DNA from: Antechinus flavipes
Taxonomy: Eukaryota
Length of the DNA: 64,000 bases
NCBI RefSeq assembly: GCF_016432865.1
Contig: NC_067400.1
Span: 620,001 to 684,000, forward strand
Direction of reading: 5' to 3'
Made by a program: the position numbers and the translations under genes. Shown one piece after another: positions 9,388 to 22,400 of the stretch; the first letter of the stretch is position 1, and each line of letters begins with the position of its first letter. Under the pieces are notes generated by a model. It searched no databases and had not been told where the DNA came from. It saw only the letters and a list, made by a program, of their open reading frames with translations.

Positions 9388-12299
9388 CTAACGTTTGCAG
9401 AAGAGAACGAGACCTGAGCCGGCAATTCACTGACCTCTGAACCTTGCCTTCCCCACCATGACACAGGGCCAGTGTTGCTGGCCGGCCCTTGGTAACTGCA
9501 GCGTTTCCCCTCCCACCCAAGAACCAGCAAAGGTGCCCGCGGGCAACCCTTCCCTGGCCACTACCTCATCCTCGGGATAGTGGCAGTCCAACACGAGGGC
9601 CTTCTGGGTATCGTTCTTCACGACTTCCACCACAAAGTTCGGGGTTGATGTAAGTTCAGACTGCACCCAACGAAAAGACAACCAAGGTTTTAGAGAGCGA
9701 GAGCCCGGTCCCTCCAAAACAGAATTCCAATAGGGCTCCCCATCTCCTGCCCACACCTTGGGCCCCAGGAAGTACGCTCCCCTGGACTGGGGCTCAGCCG
9801 CCTCCAGGAAGCCCATTGATGCTCCAGAAGCTGGGGGCCTCTTTTCCCAACTAAGCTGCATGGCTCGATTTAAGGGAGCTCCCAGCCCATTTCTGCCCAG
9901 CTCAGGTTGAGCTCACCTCTTGCTCTTCTTGGCCTTTCTGCCCCTCTGATGGTTCATCATCAAATGTGGGCGGGATACTGTTGTTAATGTTGAAGGTGAC
10001 TGTGATCCTGGAGCAGGAAAAGGAAACCAAGGGAGTGGGGGCAAGGTCAGAAGGGGCGCCACTGCGTGAGGGGCCTCTAAGGCCCCCCTCAACTCACACC
10101 CCCAGAGCTGGCGCACTTCTACGAGTCCCTCTTTGGCCACTTTTCTCCGTAACTCCCCTCAGAGACACCTCTAGAGAACCATCTGAGGACCAGCAAAGTC
10201 CCAGCCCCTCCCTGGTCCCCAGAAGCCCAACTCACTTCTCGCCAGCTAATTTCCGGGTCAGCTTGGCTTCTGTGCCTTGCACAGCCAGTTCCCAATCTCC
10301 CGACATCTTGGGGAGGGATTTGTGCTTCTGGATCTTCCTCTCCTCTTTGATCTCATCTGTCAGGAATTCGGCAAAGGCCTTGTCCCCTGAAACATCGAGA
10401 CGGGGCACGCTCCTGTCAGAACTCTCTCATAGGCCTGGGGAGTGGGGGGCTAGATGCAGAGAAAGGGCGCTCCCCCAACCTTGCCTTAAACACTCACCCA
10501 GGGGCCGAGACAACTCTACAATAACAGCACGGATGCCTGCCTCCCGGGTCCCCTCCCCATCTAGCACAGGGGCCTGGGTTCCCTCTCCCCAGCAGCTGTG
10601 AAGATGAATCAGGAGGGACCTAAGGCAGCTACCCCAACCAGGATCAAGTGGCAAACGAGAAACGGTTCCCCAAATAATTCCTTCCTGATCCAAACACTCG
10701 ATCGGGGCCAAGATGAAAAAGTCCCTGGGCTGGAGGAGCGTCCCATGAAATGAGGGCACTCAGAGGGACATAGGTGCAAGGCATCTGTTTTGGAGTGATG
10801 GGGGCAGAGGGAGGACTCTTTGGGAGGGGAGGGAGCAGTGGCCTCCAAGGCAGACAGTGAAAGGAATTGTAGGAAAACGGACTGAAGTCAGGCCTTTTCT
10901 TCAATCTGGGTCCAGTGCACATAGAGGGGAGCTGCAAAGACCTGGATTTTGGCAATCCATATTGCAGGCCAAAAGGATTTCTTTCTCAGGACTTCTGCTC
11001 TGTGGGTGCCAGGGGACACAGCCAGTTTTTCTTTTTATCGTTAACACTGAGGACTGCGATTTGTCCCCCACTCTGTCTCTTTTTGTGCATCTTGCTCTCT
11101 GGACCAGGACCATTATTGGCTTTTTTCCCCATGTGACTCATTTCCTTTGAGTCCCAGTTTGGGGAGGGGAGGCATTTATAAAGTCATCCACAGCACGGGG
11201 AAGGGAGTGGGGGAGGGGGAGCTGGTGCCCTCATTTAAGAGAGGAGGAAAGCCAGACTTTGGTAGGTCAGGGGGCCCAGCCCTGACTAATACAGGGGTGC
11301 CCCGGGCAAATCTCCCTACGTACCTGGAGAGGGGCCCCTAAGGAACAGGCGGTCCGCTGTGGGGCACATAGGTGTTTAAGAAAGGCTTCTTCCTCCCTCC
11401 CTCCCCCTTGGATTACCCCATGACGGGGTCCGCCTTCCAGAAAGGTGTTCCTCTGTCGGGGGGATGGGAGAGGGGCGGGAGTCTTTATCATTTTTCTTAT
11501 TCAGTGTGAATCCCTGGTTTTAAATTAACCCAGGACGCTAAAAGGGCAAAATCTCACATAGTACACTGAAATCACGGATTCCTTATCTCTCTTTCACTCA
11601 CACACGTACGCACGCGCGGTCACAGACGGAACTTATGAACAGTGTAACAAAACAAACTAGGAACCAAAACAATGTATCAGGGCTCGAGATTCACAGAGGA
11701 AATAGAGATTCACTCTCGATCCCCAGGAGGGGTTTCCCCAACATTTCACTTCCAGAGTCCATTAAGAAAGGGGCTCAGTCTCCTTTCTGTCCTCTTCATG
11801 CCGCCCCCCAATTCCAAAGGCAGAGGGACAATGAGGAAAACCCTGGGGGCAGACCGCCCTCTCTGTCTGAGGGTCACTCGGCCCAGTGCTTCGGGTCAGA
11901 AAAACCCGAAATAGCCAAGTCTCAGAAGCCAGCCGAGTCCGATGCGAATAGACTCGGATAGGCAAGAGGGGGAGGGGATAAACAGCGGGAAGCGCCGAGA
12001 ACGCCCGCGGAGCTGGAGCTGCAACTGGAGGGGGCGGGGCCACGTGCGTCCTCTCTGGGTTCCCTCTTCCCCTACGCCCCGGTCGCACGCTTACCTTCGG
12101 TGTGGAGCCCGCCGCACGTGCACGAGCAGAGGCCGGGCGCGCGACGCAGCGGCTGCAGGAGGCTGGGACGCACGGGTCCCGGCTGGCCGTGGATTCCTCC
12201 ACCCAAAAGGCCTCCGAAGGCGCGGGTGGCGGTGGTCACGGCGGGGCGCAGGGCCCGGGCCGCGGGGCGCAGCAGTAGGGGTAGCAGCAGCGGGGCCAT
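9115..12299 (-). CDS. C1QBP: Complement C1q-binding protein / mitochondrial p32, whole model complement join(12095-12299,10236-10386,9917-10007,9565-9660,9115-9387) = 816 nt, 271 aa
   Basis: Presequence ending CSCTCGG|LHTEGDKAFAEFL, then ITVTFNINNSIPP, TSTPNFVVEV, YTLNTDSLDWALYDHLMDFLADRGVDNTF (MAM33/p32 family). All introns GT-AG. Confidence 0.96.
9565..9660 (-). CDS. C1QBP: C1QBP exon 4
   Basis: SELTSTPNFVVEVVKNDTQKALVLDCHYPEDE; donor GAG|GTAGTG. Confidence 0.95.
9917..10007 (-). CDS. C1QBP: C1QBP exon 3
   Basis: ITVTFNINNSIPPTFDDEPSEGQKGQEEQE; donor GAG|GTGAGC. Confidence 0.95.
10236..10386 (-). CDS. C1QBP: C1QBP exon 2
   Basis: DKAFAEFLTDEIKEERKIQKHK...; 151 nt; donor AA|GTGAGT. Confidence 0.95.
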
Positions 12300-13100
12300 G
12301 ACCGAGACACGCGGAGGGGGTGGGAGCGACGATGAAGACCGGAAAGACAGCGGAGGGCGCGAGGTACTTTGGGAAATATCCGGGCCGGAAGGGCACGAGG
12401 TCGCCCCGCCTCGGAACTTCCTGCGTCCTCTCGGAGGGTCATAGCGCCCTGCGCTTGCGCGGAAAGGCCCCGCGCGATGATTGGACGTTACCAATGAAGT
12501 CACTTCCGGCTCTAAAAACGGGGATTTCCTGGAGTTCCCCAGAGTGCGGAGAAGCTGAGGGGGTTTCCCCGGTTTTCCCGGAACCCCGCGCAGTCCCGCG
12601 TGCGCAAAGCTGACCGTGCTTCCCCCGCCCGTTTTCTGGTACCGCTTCTGGGGTGCTTTTCTGCATCAGACCCCTTTCCTTTCCGAGCTCCCCCTTGCTG
12701 GGCTCTGCCCTGGACCGCGAGCGCCGGGTTACATTGTGTCCAAGCTGCGCGTAGCCGGCTTCGCGCTGCTTGGAGGTTACTTTGTATCCCAGTCTTTCCC
12801 CAGCCCGAGGTTACTTTGTATCCCCCCGAGGTTACGCTGTATCCTCCTGCCCCGGGGCACGCAGTTCGGGAGGAGATGCCTTGTTACTCGCGCTTGTGAG
12901 CTCTGCAATTTTGAGACCTACACGCGCGCCCCCACGGGATTGGACGCGTCCCTCCGGCCCTGTGCGCGGCGGTGCCCTGTCACCCGCGATGATCTGTGCA
13001 GGGGCGGAAACCCCCTGCCCACCTGCGGGGAGACGGGCGTCGGGCTCGCCGCAGGTGGCCAGACCAGTTTCCGCGGCGGTCGATTTGTGACGGTTTTTTG
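11940..13100. promoter_or_regulatory. CpG island / C1QBP promoter
   Basis: CpG-dense; E2F-like GCGCGGAAA 12457-12465, CCAAT 12491, ETS ACTTCCGG 12502-12509. Confidence 0.75.
12095..12299 (-). CDS. C1QBP: C1QBP exon 1 (mitochondrial presequence, MAPLLLPLLLRP...LHTE)
   Basis: ATG 12299; donor G|GTAAGC. Confidence 0.9.
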
Positions 13101-13296
13101 TTCTTTTGCTCTCACAGTAAGGAAGGGAAGGGAGGTGGGAGGGAGAGAATTTGGATGTAAAAATACAATTCAATTTGAAAAAGAAATTGGACATGACTCC
13201 CAACGAGCTCGTTGTATAAAAGTAACTACAAGAAATAGAAAAATTGAGGAGAAAGTTGGATAAATGTGTATGTATACTCACATACAGATAGTGAAG

Positions 13297-13436
13297 TTTT
13301 CTTGGCAAAGATACCGGAATGTTTGCCATTAACTTCTCTAGCTCATTTAACAGATGAGGAAACTGAGGTAGATGAGGGTCACACATCTAGTGTCTGAGGC
13401 CAGATACTTCTAATCCACCGTGGCCCTTAGCTGCCC
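13297..13436 (-). mobile_element. MAR1-type SINE
   Basis: ttttcttggcaaagatac..tttgccatt..ttctctagctcattt..agatgaggaaactgagg..tagctgccc. Confidence 0.8.
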
Positions 13437-14199
13437 TGATTTCACACCCACCCACCCAGCCCTCCCAATAGATCCTACATGCACGTGATGATTCGAACAA
13501 GATTAAGGACCAAGAAAGGCTTCCTTTAAAAAGGGGGGTTCTAGCTGGATGGCTGAAGGAAGAGTGGCCCAGAGTAGGGAGGCACCTGAGGGACAAAGAC
13601 ACCCTCCCCAAATTGGACCTTCTTGCAGCAGGGCAGGGATGAGTGACGGCCAGTGTTGACTGGGAGAGACACAGATGTTACACTGCAGTCATCCACTGCC
13701 CGCTGAGCTGACACGTGATGACAACCAAGAGCCAAGCCTGACAGCGAAATTGGGGTACTAGGGAACTTAGAAAGGGGGGAGAAAGATGGGCTCCTGCTGA
13801 GATGGAGAGGGCACCGGACAAGCTGGACTGTTAATGGGCCAGAACTCTGACCCTGAAACCAAGGATTCTTATAAGTACGAAGTCAGTAGAATTGATGAGA
13901 CAATAGTTATCTAATTTAGGATTGCCTCCAGAGCCCCCAAGAAAACCTCACCAGGAAACATCACATTTTAGAGATTACACTAGACACGTGGCTCAAGATG
14001 TCCAGGAGGAAGCTGGGATGTGAAGGTAGAGGGTGACAGAGAGGCTGGGACAGGCAAGGGAAGGTCAGCACAGATTTGTTCATTCAATGTATGAGACAGC
14101 TGAGGGCAGCCAGCAAGGGCAGAGGGGGCAGGGGCACCCAAGGTCAGCAAGCGAGGCCCAATTCCACAATGGAAACCGAGGTCCAGTCTGAGGAGAACC

Positions 14200-14700
14200 A
14201 GGAGGGAGCAGTGCCATGAAAACCTGGCATTCACAAAGGACCGATGGACTGAGCTCACTTTGGGGACAGCGGTTTTGGGGACCCCACAAGGCCAGGAGCC
14301 AGACTAGGGGGCGGCAGTCAGAAGCACTTTTGTGGGCATCTGTTCTCCAAGTTTAGCTATAACAGGCAGAAGATGGCAGGGTTAGCAGGGGCTAAGGAAG
14401 CGGAGAGGATTTTATCAGGATGTTTCTGGGCAGCAGAGACAGAGCCCGAGAGGCTGAAGTCAGAGTGGGGACCATGAGGGGAGGGGGATGGAGGGGGACT
14501 GGGCTTGGTTGGGGTGAGACCACTTCACCATGTGAGAAGGGAAGGACAGGGGGGAGGGGGGCGCTAAGCAGAGAGGTGCACAACTGCCAAGCGGCAGGAG
14601 GGCCCAGGGAGGTCGCAGGGGCAGCACGGGGGGAGCGTCCAGCTGCACAGGTGAAGGGATCAAGGGGACGCATGTTGGGACAAGGCTTGGCTGGGCCTGG
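14200..14700 (-). mobile_element. L2 LINE ORF2 relic
   Basis: reverse complement is C/T-rich with L2-like blocks (gaagtggtctc..catccccctcc..actct..cttca). Confidence 0.4.
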
Positions 14701-15196
14701 TCGGGGATCTGATGAGTCAGGGGAGGGATTCAGGAAAGGCCAGTGCAGAGAACAGGGGTCACTGAGGGACCGCCGGGGCTCATGATGAGCAGAAGAGAAG
14801 ACCAGAGCAGGGGAGAATCTGCAGGTCACGATGGTGATAGAGGGAGGTTGGCCAGCAGATTATGGCAGATGGTGCAGGTGGCCCATTTGTGAGTGAGCTA
14901 TGGCCCTGTGGGTGGATGAGGCCCTCCTGGGTCAGGTAGGTGACTTAAGAACGTCCGCCCGAGGGAACCGCAAGCACGGTCCTCCCTGTCGGCCTGCCTG
15001 GGCCTGCGGACCTCCATCTCTCTCTCCCTTTGCCCCTTCCCCCTTCCCAGTTCACATCCGTGCGCCTTCTCATAAGCATCCAGGGTGTCTTTGCCTGGGG
15101 CCCAGCAGAGTTGGTCCTCCAGCAGCACTCTATGCGCCCCGAAGACTTCTGGGATCCAAGAGCTGCAGGCTCGGACCCTCACACCCAGTGAAGGAT

Positions 15197-15360
15197 GGGG
15201 CTGCTAGAGGGCGCAGTGGAGAAAGCACAGCCCAGAAGTCAGGAGGACCTGAGTGCAAATTTGACCTCAGACACAACACTTCCTGGCTGTGGGACCCCAG
15301 CCAAGTCACTTAACTCCGACTGCCTCAGGGAAAATAAAAGGAAAATAAAAATAAAATGAA
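15197..15360 (+). mobile_element. WSINE1-like short CORE-SINE with A-rich tail
   Basis: ggggctgctag..gcgcagtgg (A box), ggacctgagtgcaaatttgacctcagacac (B box), gtcacttaac..gcctc, then aaaataaaa tail. Confidence 0.8.
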
Positions 15361-16135
15361 ATGCAACGGAGGCACAGGCCCATCCGACCCAAGTTCTACA
15401 GCTTCTCTGGGGGAAGGGGGAGCGGGGGGGGCTCTCACCATCAGTCCCCCCGTCTACCTGCTGAAGTGCATCCTGAAGCCTGGCACAGGGCCGAGCAGGT
15501 GCTGAGCAAGGACAGAGCAGGAGCCGCCAGGGACTGCGGAGTCTGGGGAGGTCTGTGTGGCAAGGGGCCGAGCGAGGCGGTGAATGCACCCACGGCTCCC
15601 CGGGGACACCCGAGCAAGAATAACCGCCAGTAACATCCAGAGTGCCGGACCATGAGCCAGGAAGGCGGCCTTTGCTACCTGCCCCTGCGCCGGGAAAGTC
15701 TCATCTGCTCCGCCGGCCTCAGTTCCCACAGCACAGAAATGGGCACGACAGCTCCTAGCCCAGGGATGCTGGAAGGATCAAAGGAGATGAGAAGGCGGGT
15801 GAGGCTCTCTACTAGACGCTGGAGCTTAGAGAAGGGCCGTCGCCAGCAGCAGTGAGGGGGCCAAATGGGGACCGGGAGAACACCCCGGGCTCCCCAGCGC
15901 CTCTCTCCACCCCCACCACACACAGTGCTCACACCCATCCCGGGACGCCCAGCAAGCCCGCTGGATGAGCTCAGTCCAAAGGGATCACCTCTTTTGTACA
16001 AATGTTACAAAAGTAAATTTATTGCATCTTTAATTGAAAAACTGTATACAGATAAAAACTGGAGCCAAGCAAGACAAGACTGCTGCCCACCAACCAGCGA
16101 TGAGCCCCACCCTCCTGCCCGGCCCCTCGCCCCGC

Positions 16136-16444
16136 TCAGCTCCGGGCAGCCCTCATCTTCCTCCGGAAGTAGTCAGGGGCCGCGTCGTAGAGCCAGTCTG
16201 CGTCGACCACACAGAGGTCCCTCATGTAGCACTTGTTGGTGGACAGCAGCTCGTTGTAGGTGACGCAGGCCGGTTTGCAGTGGAAGAGCACGGAGGACGG
16301 GTGGATGGACACCGGCTGGCGGGTGTCCACGGTGACGTAGCTGCCGTCGGGCTGAAGCTCGGCCGTGTTCATGAAAAGGCCGTGTGCCAGACATCGGCGG
16401 ATGTTGCCCGTGTCGGCCCGCGAAGACTCGATGGGCATTGCCAT
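16136..16444 (-). CDS. DHX33: DHX33 exon 12 coding part
   Basis: [31 protein letters not shown]; 309 nt. Confidence 0.95.
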   Translation of the reverse strand: MAMPIESSRADTGNIRRCLAHGLFMNTAELQPDGSYVTVDTRQPVSIHPSSVLFHCKPACVTYNELLSTNKCYMRDLCVVDADWLYDAAPDYFRRKMRAARS

Positions 16445-19400
16445 CTGTCCGGGAAGAGGAGAAAGACGGCCCGTGATCCCCCGATTCTCCCCAGGGCCCT
16501 GTGTCCCAGCTGCCTGGTCCCCCTCAGATCCTCCTGTCAAAGGGAGGGGAGCGACCTCCCGGGCTGAGCCTGGGATCAGGAGGCCGCTCTACTGTGCTGC
16601 TGCTGGGACCCCCGTCCCACCAGGACGCTGCAAGTTCAGCTGAGAGCAGAGACCTTCAGCACCGGAGCCAAGGGCCTGAGGTTCCCTACAGAGGGTCAAG
16701 CTGCAAAAAGAGAGTGCGGACGAGGAGGAAAAGGCTACAAAGATCCAGGAGAGTAGATGTGGACAGGAGGCGGCTAGGAGGGAGGCCAGCTGGAGGCTCG
16801 AGCTCTGGGAGGCTTGCCGGGGGGAGAGGGAAGGTTGCCAACAAAAGGAGGACTGCTGCTCAGGAGGAGGCAGGGGCCGGCACGGGTGGCCCCTCCTCGG
16901 GCTGAGGTAAGGGCAGGCCACAGTCAGCGATCCCCCAAAGATGCCAAACCTAAGGCCCCACGATGTGCACTGGCCTGTTGTCGGGTTCCCTCAGCCAGTC
17001 CTGCAGACTTCGTTTTCTCCCCCACTATGGGCTTTCTCGAGGCTTTCCTGACGAGAAAGGGAAACCTAGGCTCGGCCTGGAGGTGCAGGGGATGAGCCAG
17101 CACACTCTGGTCTCCAGGACGAGGCTCCCGGTGCGTCTGCCCGGGGCAGGAACTCCTCCGTGGAAGACGCGCTCCCGTGCCTGGGTCTCTCTGGGACAGA
17201 TTACTTGGGAGCTATTACAGGCGCCACCGCTGCCAGAGACCACCTGGGGGCAGCCTGCCCTGCGTCACCCCCATTCAAACGCACACCCGGCCAAATCTGA
17301 CCCTATGTTTGAGGAAACCAGACGGAAACCTTGGCTGGAAGTGACAGTTCCTGATGGGCCGGAGCCCCAAAGAGGGGGCCTTAGGGACCAACAGTCTGCT
17401 TGAAAGGATTCCCCTCAAGTCCCACTGGACTTGTGAGGGCCCCTCGCCCCCTTGAGCCTAAAGCACGGACGAGACTTGGGGCAGAGCTGGACTGCAGCGA
17501 GGCGACCCGCGCAAGGTCACCGGCCTGACCTCCTCCTTGGGAGCCATCCATTGGCCAGATATTCAGGACCAAAGACGGCCCTGGCCGCAGCAGGAAACCT
17601 TGGCTCGGACGCACATAACTAGGAAGTCAGCCCCTTTGCTCTGGGGGCCCACAGTTTAGGAGGAGCAGCTGGGCCTGGAGAAGGGTCCGGAAGAATCGGC
17701 CAGATGATCGGCTGTGGCTGCCTGGCTGCCCAAAGCGTTTAAAGCCGTGGGCCTCGATGGGCTCCCCAGCAGCAGGGAGCACCGAGCAAACCGGCCACCT
17801 CTTAGCTAACCCTGATGGCCCAAGCCCGCAATGGCCCCCGCAGTCCCGAGACCTGAAGAACAGGCTGAGGCTTGGGCCCCCCGGACGCTCAGAGGCTCTG
17901 CTGTGGGGCACCGCTCCCCCTCCCCCCCAGCGTTACCTTGATGCAAATGTCCCGGAGCTGGGCTCGGACTTCGGCCACAAGCGTCATGTTCTTGCCGTTG
18001 ACAAAATTCTCTCGGCACCATTCCTGGGGATGAGCGAGCGAGCTCAGAGCCCTCCCAGGCCCAGGAGGCCACCAGGCAAGCCACGGCTTCCCCAGCCTGC
18101 TCCAGCGGCCGTCCTGGCCCCCCCTCACCACCCTTCCCTTGGCCAGGGCAGAGGCGGCCAATCCCACGGTGCATCCCAGCCTCGGCCCAAACCCCGGCAG
18201 CCCCCGACAATCAGGCTTGTTGCCGGCCTGGATGGCTGAGCGTGCCCCCCCAGCAGAGAGGTGCTGGACTAGCGGGGCAGACCACGGCCTGCACTGCCAT
18301 GACCCGGGCCCGCCAAGCAGCGAGGTGGCGGGGGGCCGGCCGGCCGGTTTCTAGTCCCAAGCTCAGGCTGGGGGTGTCCAGGCTGTGGCCCCACCCCAAG
18401 GGCCTACCTTGTTCCCGCCCACGTTTCGGAAGGCTCGGTACACATTGAGCAGGGTCAGGTGGTCCCCCTCGCTGGAGACGAACTTCTTCCTGGCGCACTG
18501 CACCTCATCACGCCGCGAAGGGGGGTTGTGCAGGACACTGTCCACAGACAGCAGGGAAACAATGGTCAGTATCTCTTCTGTGCAGTGGAATTTGGGGGAG
18601 AGAAGGATGGTCTGCAAAGGACAAATGGGGAGCTGCTGAGGCCCGGACCGCGGGCCTCCACAGGGCCAGGGCCTTTGGAGAGGAAGGACCCGAGAAGCGG
18701 GCCCGTGGCCCCAGCAGGGATTTACTTTGGCAAACTTGGGCTCCAAAGGGAAGGCCGCCATCTTTCTTCCAATCGGGGTCAGCCCTAGTGGTTCGTCCTT
18801 CTTCTGCTGGATGGCCCCCAGCAGCTCCAGCTGCTCCAGCGCGGCCTGGAGATGATCTAAGGGGACAGAGTACAGGGAGGAGCCCGGGGTCTCCTGAGAT
18901 CCGGCCCCTGCCTGGCCCGGGGCCTCCCGCAAAGGTCCCGCGCTCACCTGGGGACGGTTTAGACATGAAGTCAAAAGTGAGGACGTTGGGGACGCGCAGG
19001 GCCAGGAGCTGCAGGAGGACGCTGGCCAGGTTACACCTAGGAAGAAGCCCAGTCACCGACCCCTCTCTGAGGCCGGCAGTCCGCAGGGAGGGGCGCCAAC
19101 CCGAGCCAAGGAAAGGGTGCCGGAGCAGCGGGGGGCCCTTCGCACCTCTGGATCTCTGGAATCGTCATCTTGTCAAACTTGTCGAACTCGTCCTCCGTGT
19201 AGAGGCGGTAGCAGGACCCGCTGTCCTCACGGCCGGCCCGCCCCGTCCGCTGCCAGGCCTGCGTCTTGGACACCCGCTGGACAGCCAGCACCTCGAGGCC
19301 GCTCTCTGGGAAGGATGAAGTTGGCGCCGTCACCACCTCCAGCGCACCCCTGGGCGGTCTGGCGGGTCCCGTGAGGAAGGACGCAGGGAAGGGAACCGAG

Positions 19401-22400
19401 GGGAAGCAGGGCCTTGAACCTGGGCCTGAGGGAACCAGCCTGGAGAGGACTGGGGCAGAGGGAGGGAGTCTGTGTGTGTGTGTCTGTCTCTCTCTCCCCC
19501 CACCCCTGCCGAGACTCACCGGGATTAAACCTCTTGGCCTTGACCATGCCCGTGTCGATCACGTGCTTGATGCCGGCGATGGTGATGGAGGTTTCCGCGA
19601 TGTTGGTGGAAACGATCACTTTGCGAGAGCCCTGAAGGATGAAGAGTGATTTGGGCCCGTGGCTGGAAGTCCCTCTGGGCTGGCCCAGTCTCCCCCCCAT
19701 GGGTCCATGGCAGGCGGGTACAAGCCTGGAGCGCCAATGCTCATTAGGAAGGGGTCATGGGGAGCGGGGGATGAACCCTGTAGCCACCTTCTGGGCCGTC
19801 TCAGAGCACAGCTGTAGGAAGGCAAGGGGGAGGAGAGCAGGAGCCGAGCTGCCGGGAAGCCCCCCTCCAACCTCCCCTCGGCCAGGAGACGCCCCGCGAT
19901 CGAGTGTCGAGGCTGCCTTCTGCCATACTGACCTTGGGGGCCCCCTGGAAGACCCTGAGCTGCTGGGAGCTGGGGAGGGAGGCGTAGAGCGGCAGCACCA
20001 GCATCAGCGGGCAGCCCTCGGGCAGGTGCCGTGCTATATCTCGGCAGGCCTTGCAAAGGGCCTCGATCTCTTCCTGACCAGTGAGGAACACCAGGATGTC
20101 CTGAGAAGGCGGAGCTTCCTGGGTGGAGGCGGGGTTAGGATTAGCAGGCCCCTGCCTGCTGGCAGGTCCCAGCCAGCCCCAGGGCAGGAAGGGAGCACCC
20201 TGACCCAGTCTCTCTCCTCACCTCCCTGGCCCACAAGGACCCTCTCTGCTCCCCGGGAACCCCACCTGGTGAATCTGGAAGATGGACACCAGGGCGGCGT
20301 GGAGGTAATCGCTCTGCGGCTGTTTGGTGTAGTAAACCTGGATGGGAAATTGCCGCCCCTCCACGTAGAGAACGGGGGCACCGTCGAAGTAGCGCGAGAA
20401 GAGGTCCACGTCCATGGTGGCCGACATGACGAGGACCTAGGGGACGAGGTGGCTCAGGGAGGCAGGGAGGCAGCGCGCGGCCCATCCCGAGGCCCGGCCG
20501 CCCGACTCACTCTGAGCGGAGGCTTCCTCAGCTCCTTCCTGCGGCGCTGGGCCGACTTCACCACGCCCAGGAGCACGTCCGTGTGGATGGTCCGCTCGTG
20601 AGCCTCATCCAGAATGACGAAGCTGTACCTGCGCAGCAGAGCATCGGCCATGGCTTCCCGAAGCAGCATCCCGTCCGTGAGGAAGAGGATTCTGGTGTCC
20701 TCAGAAGTGACGTCATCAAAGCGGACAGAGTAGCCCACCTGCAAGGAGGGAAGCTGAGCCAGAGGCCAACAGCCGGCCCCCGGGAAGCCACAGGCTTTGA
20801 CTTCTGGCTCCATTGATGTTCGAGCCTCGGTTTCCACATCTGTAACGGGAAGGGCGATGACTTCGGAGCGACCAGCCCAGAGCCAGAGCTGCCCCAGCTG
20901 GAGTCCGGGCCCGGGGGCCAACCCAGCTAAAGAAGAGAAACCCAGATCAGGCCCCCATTCCAGACAAACTACCCACCAGCTTGCCCAGTTCTGTCCTCTT
21001 TTCCTCGGAGACTCTGGCGGCCAGGGAGATGGCGGCAACTCGGCGAGGCTGAGTCACGGCGATCACGCCTTGGCGGCCCAGGCCCGCCTCGTAAAGGTAC
21101 TGGGGGATTTGCGTGGTCTTCCCCGAACCAGTTTCCCCTGGAGAAGGGAACAGGAGAATGCCTTTCGTCACGAGAGTTCAACTGGGGACCACATTGGGGT
21201 TGCAGAGTTAGGGCGAAGACCACTAACAGGTCAGAGAACAGAGGGGAATGAGGGGCTGGCACTGGCCCTCGAGCTCAGGGGCCACAAGGGCTTGCTCCAG
21301 GGTCTCACACACAGACATGACTCATCCTGAGAGGGGACGTTCCGATTTCAGATGCACAAAGGAAGAAACGAGCTTCTCTAAGCACGTGGGCCCTAAGACA
21401 ACTCCCAGGAAGAAACACAAACTTCTTTTTTGGCTTTTAAATCCCTTCATGGCCATTTTTAGTTGTCTCATACTTTACTTGCCTCCACTCACCCCAGGAG
21501 ACTGGATGGCCCAGTGGAGTCAGGGAGACTCATCTCCTTGAGTTCAAATCTGGCCTCAGAGACTTCCTAGCAAGGTGATTCTGGACAAGTCACACAACTA
21601 CTCTGCCTCAATTTCCTCATCAGTCAAATGAGCTAGAGAAGGAGATGATGAACCCCTCCAGTATCTTTGCCAAGAAAACCGGCAGTAGGGTCACGAAGAG
21701 TCATTAATAAAAACCACGCTGGCCAACTTGCTGTCCCACCTTCTTAGCATAGCTTCTCAGAATCCCTGGTTTCCTTCAAAATAAAAAACCCCAGGCCGAA
21801 GGTAAAAGGGAAGGATGCCTCTCGTCACCCCACCAGAATACCCTATTTGACTTGAGATTCTATAAGCCTCTGAAGCCCCCCAGATCAATGATGGAGGCTG
21901 GGACATTCCCAGAAGCAATCTGAGCTCTAAAAGAAAACCTCATGTCGAGGAGATTTCTAGAAGGATTTGAACCCACTCCCTCTTCAGTCTCTCCTATCTC
22001 CTTCAGGCCCTGACCCCACAACAGAAAAGACAATCAATGAACTCCGCTGTGCCCAGGCCCACTGAGTTCTCTACCCTTCTCTCCGCTCGCCAACCAAGCC
22101 AGCGCTCTCGCACTTGTCTGAGACGTGAGCTTCTCCCCTACCACATACGCCCAAAGTCCTTGACATCATCCCCCACCACACACACAGCCTGTGGTGCCCT
22201 CATCTTTTTACCTCCTGTCCCAGAGCCCCTGAAACCATCCACCCCATTCTCCAATTTCTCATCTCTCCTTGGACTGCAAACGAGCCCAGCCTCTACTCTC
22301 GTCCTCTCTCAGCAGCCTCTGGAAAAAAGCCCTCCCAACTTCCGTTGCTCTCTTCTCACTCGCTGGGGAGCCCTTGGCAATCTGGCGGCCTCTTAAACGC

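Noticed and set aside
11197-11219. Canonical G-quadruplex motif in C1QBP intron 1
   Set aside because: G4 motifs are frequent throughout this GC-rich window; nothing singles this one out.
15197-15290. tRNA-like A and B boxes (also at 21496, 47140, 50783, 63355)
   Set aside because: Heads of tRNA-derived CORE-SINEs; no cloverleaf or acceptor stem, so not tRNA genes.
19639-20601. 320-aa plus-strand ORF
   Set aside because: Antisense shadow of high-GC3 DHX33 exons and GC-rich introns; no recognisable domain.
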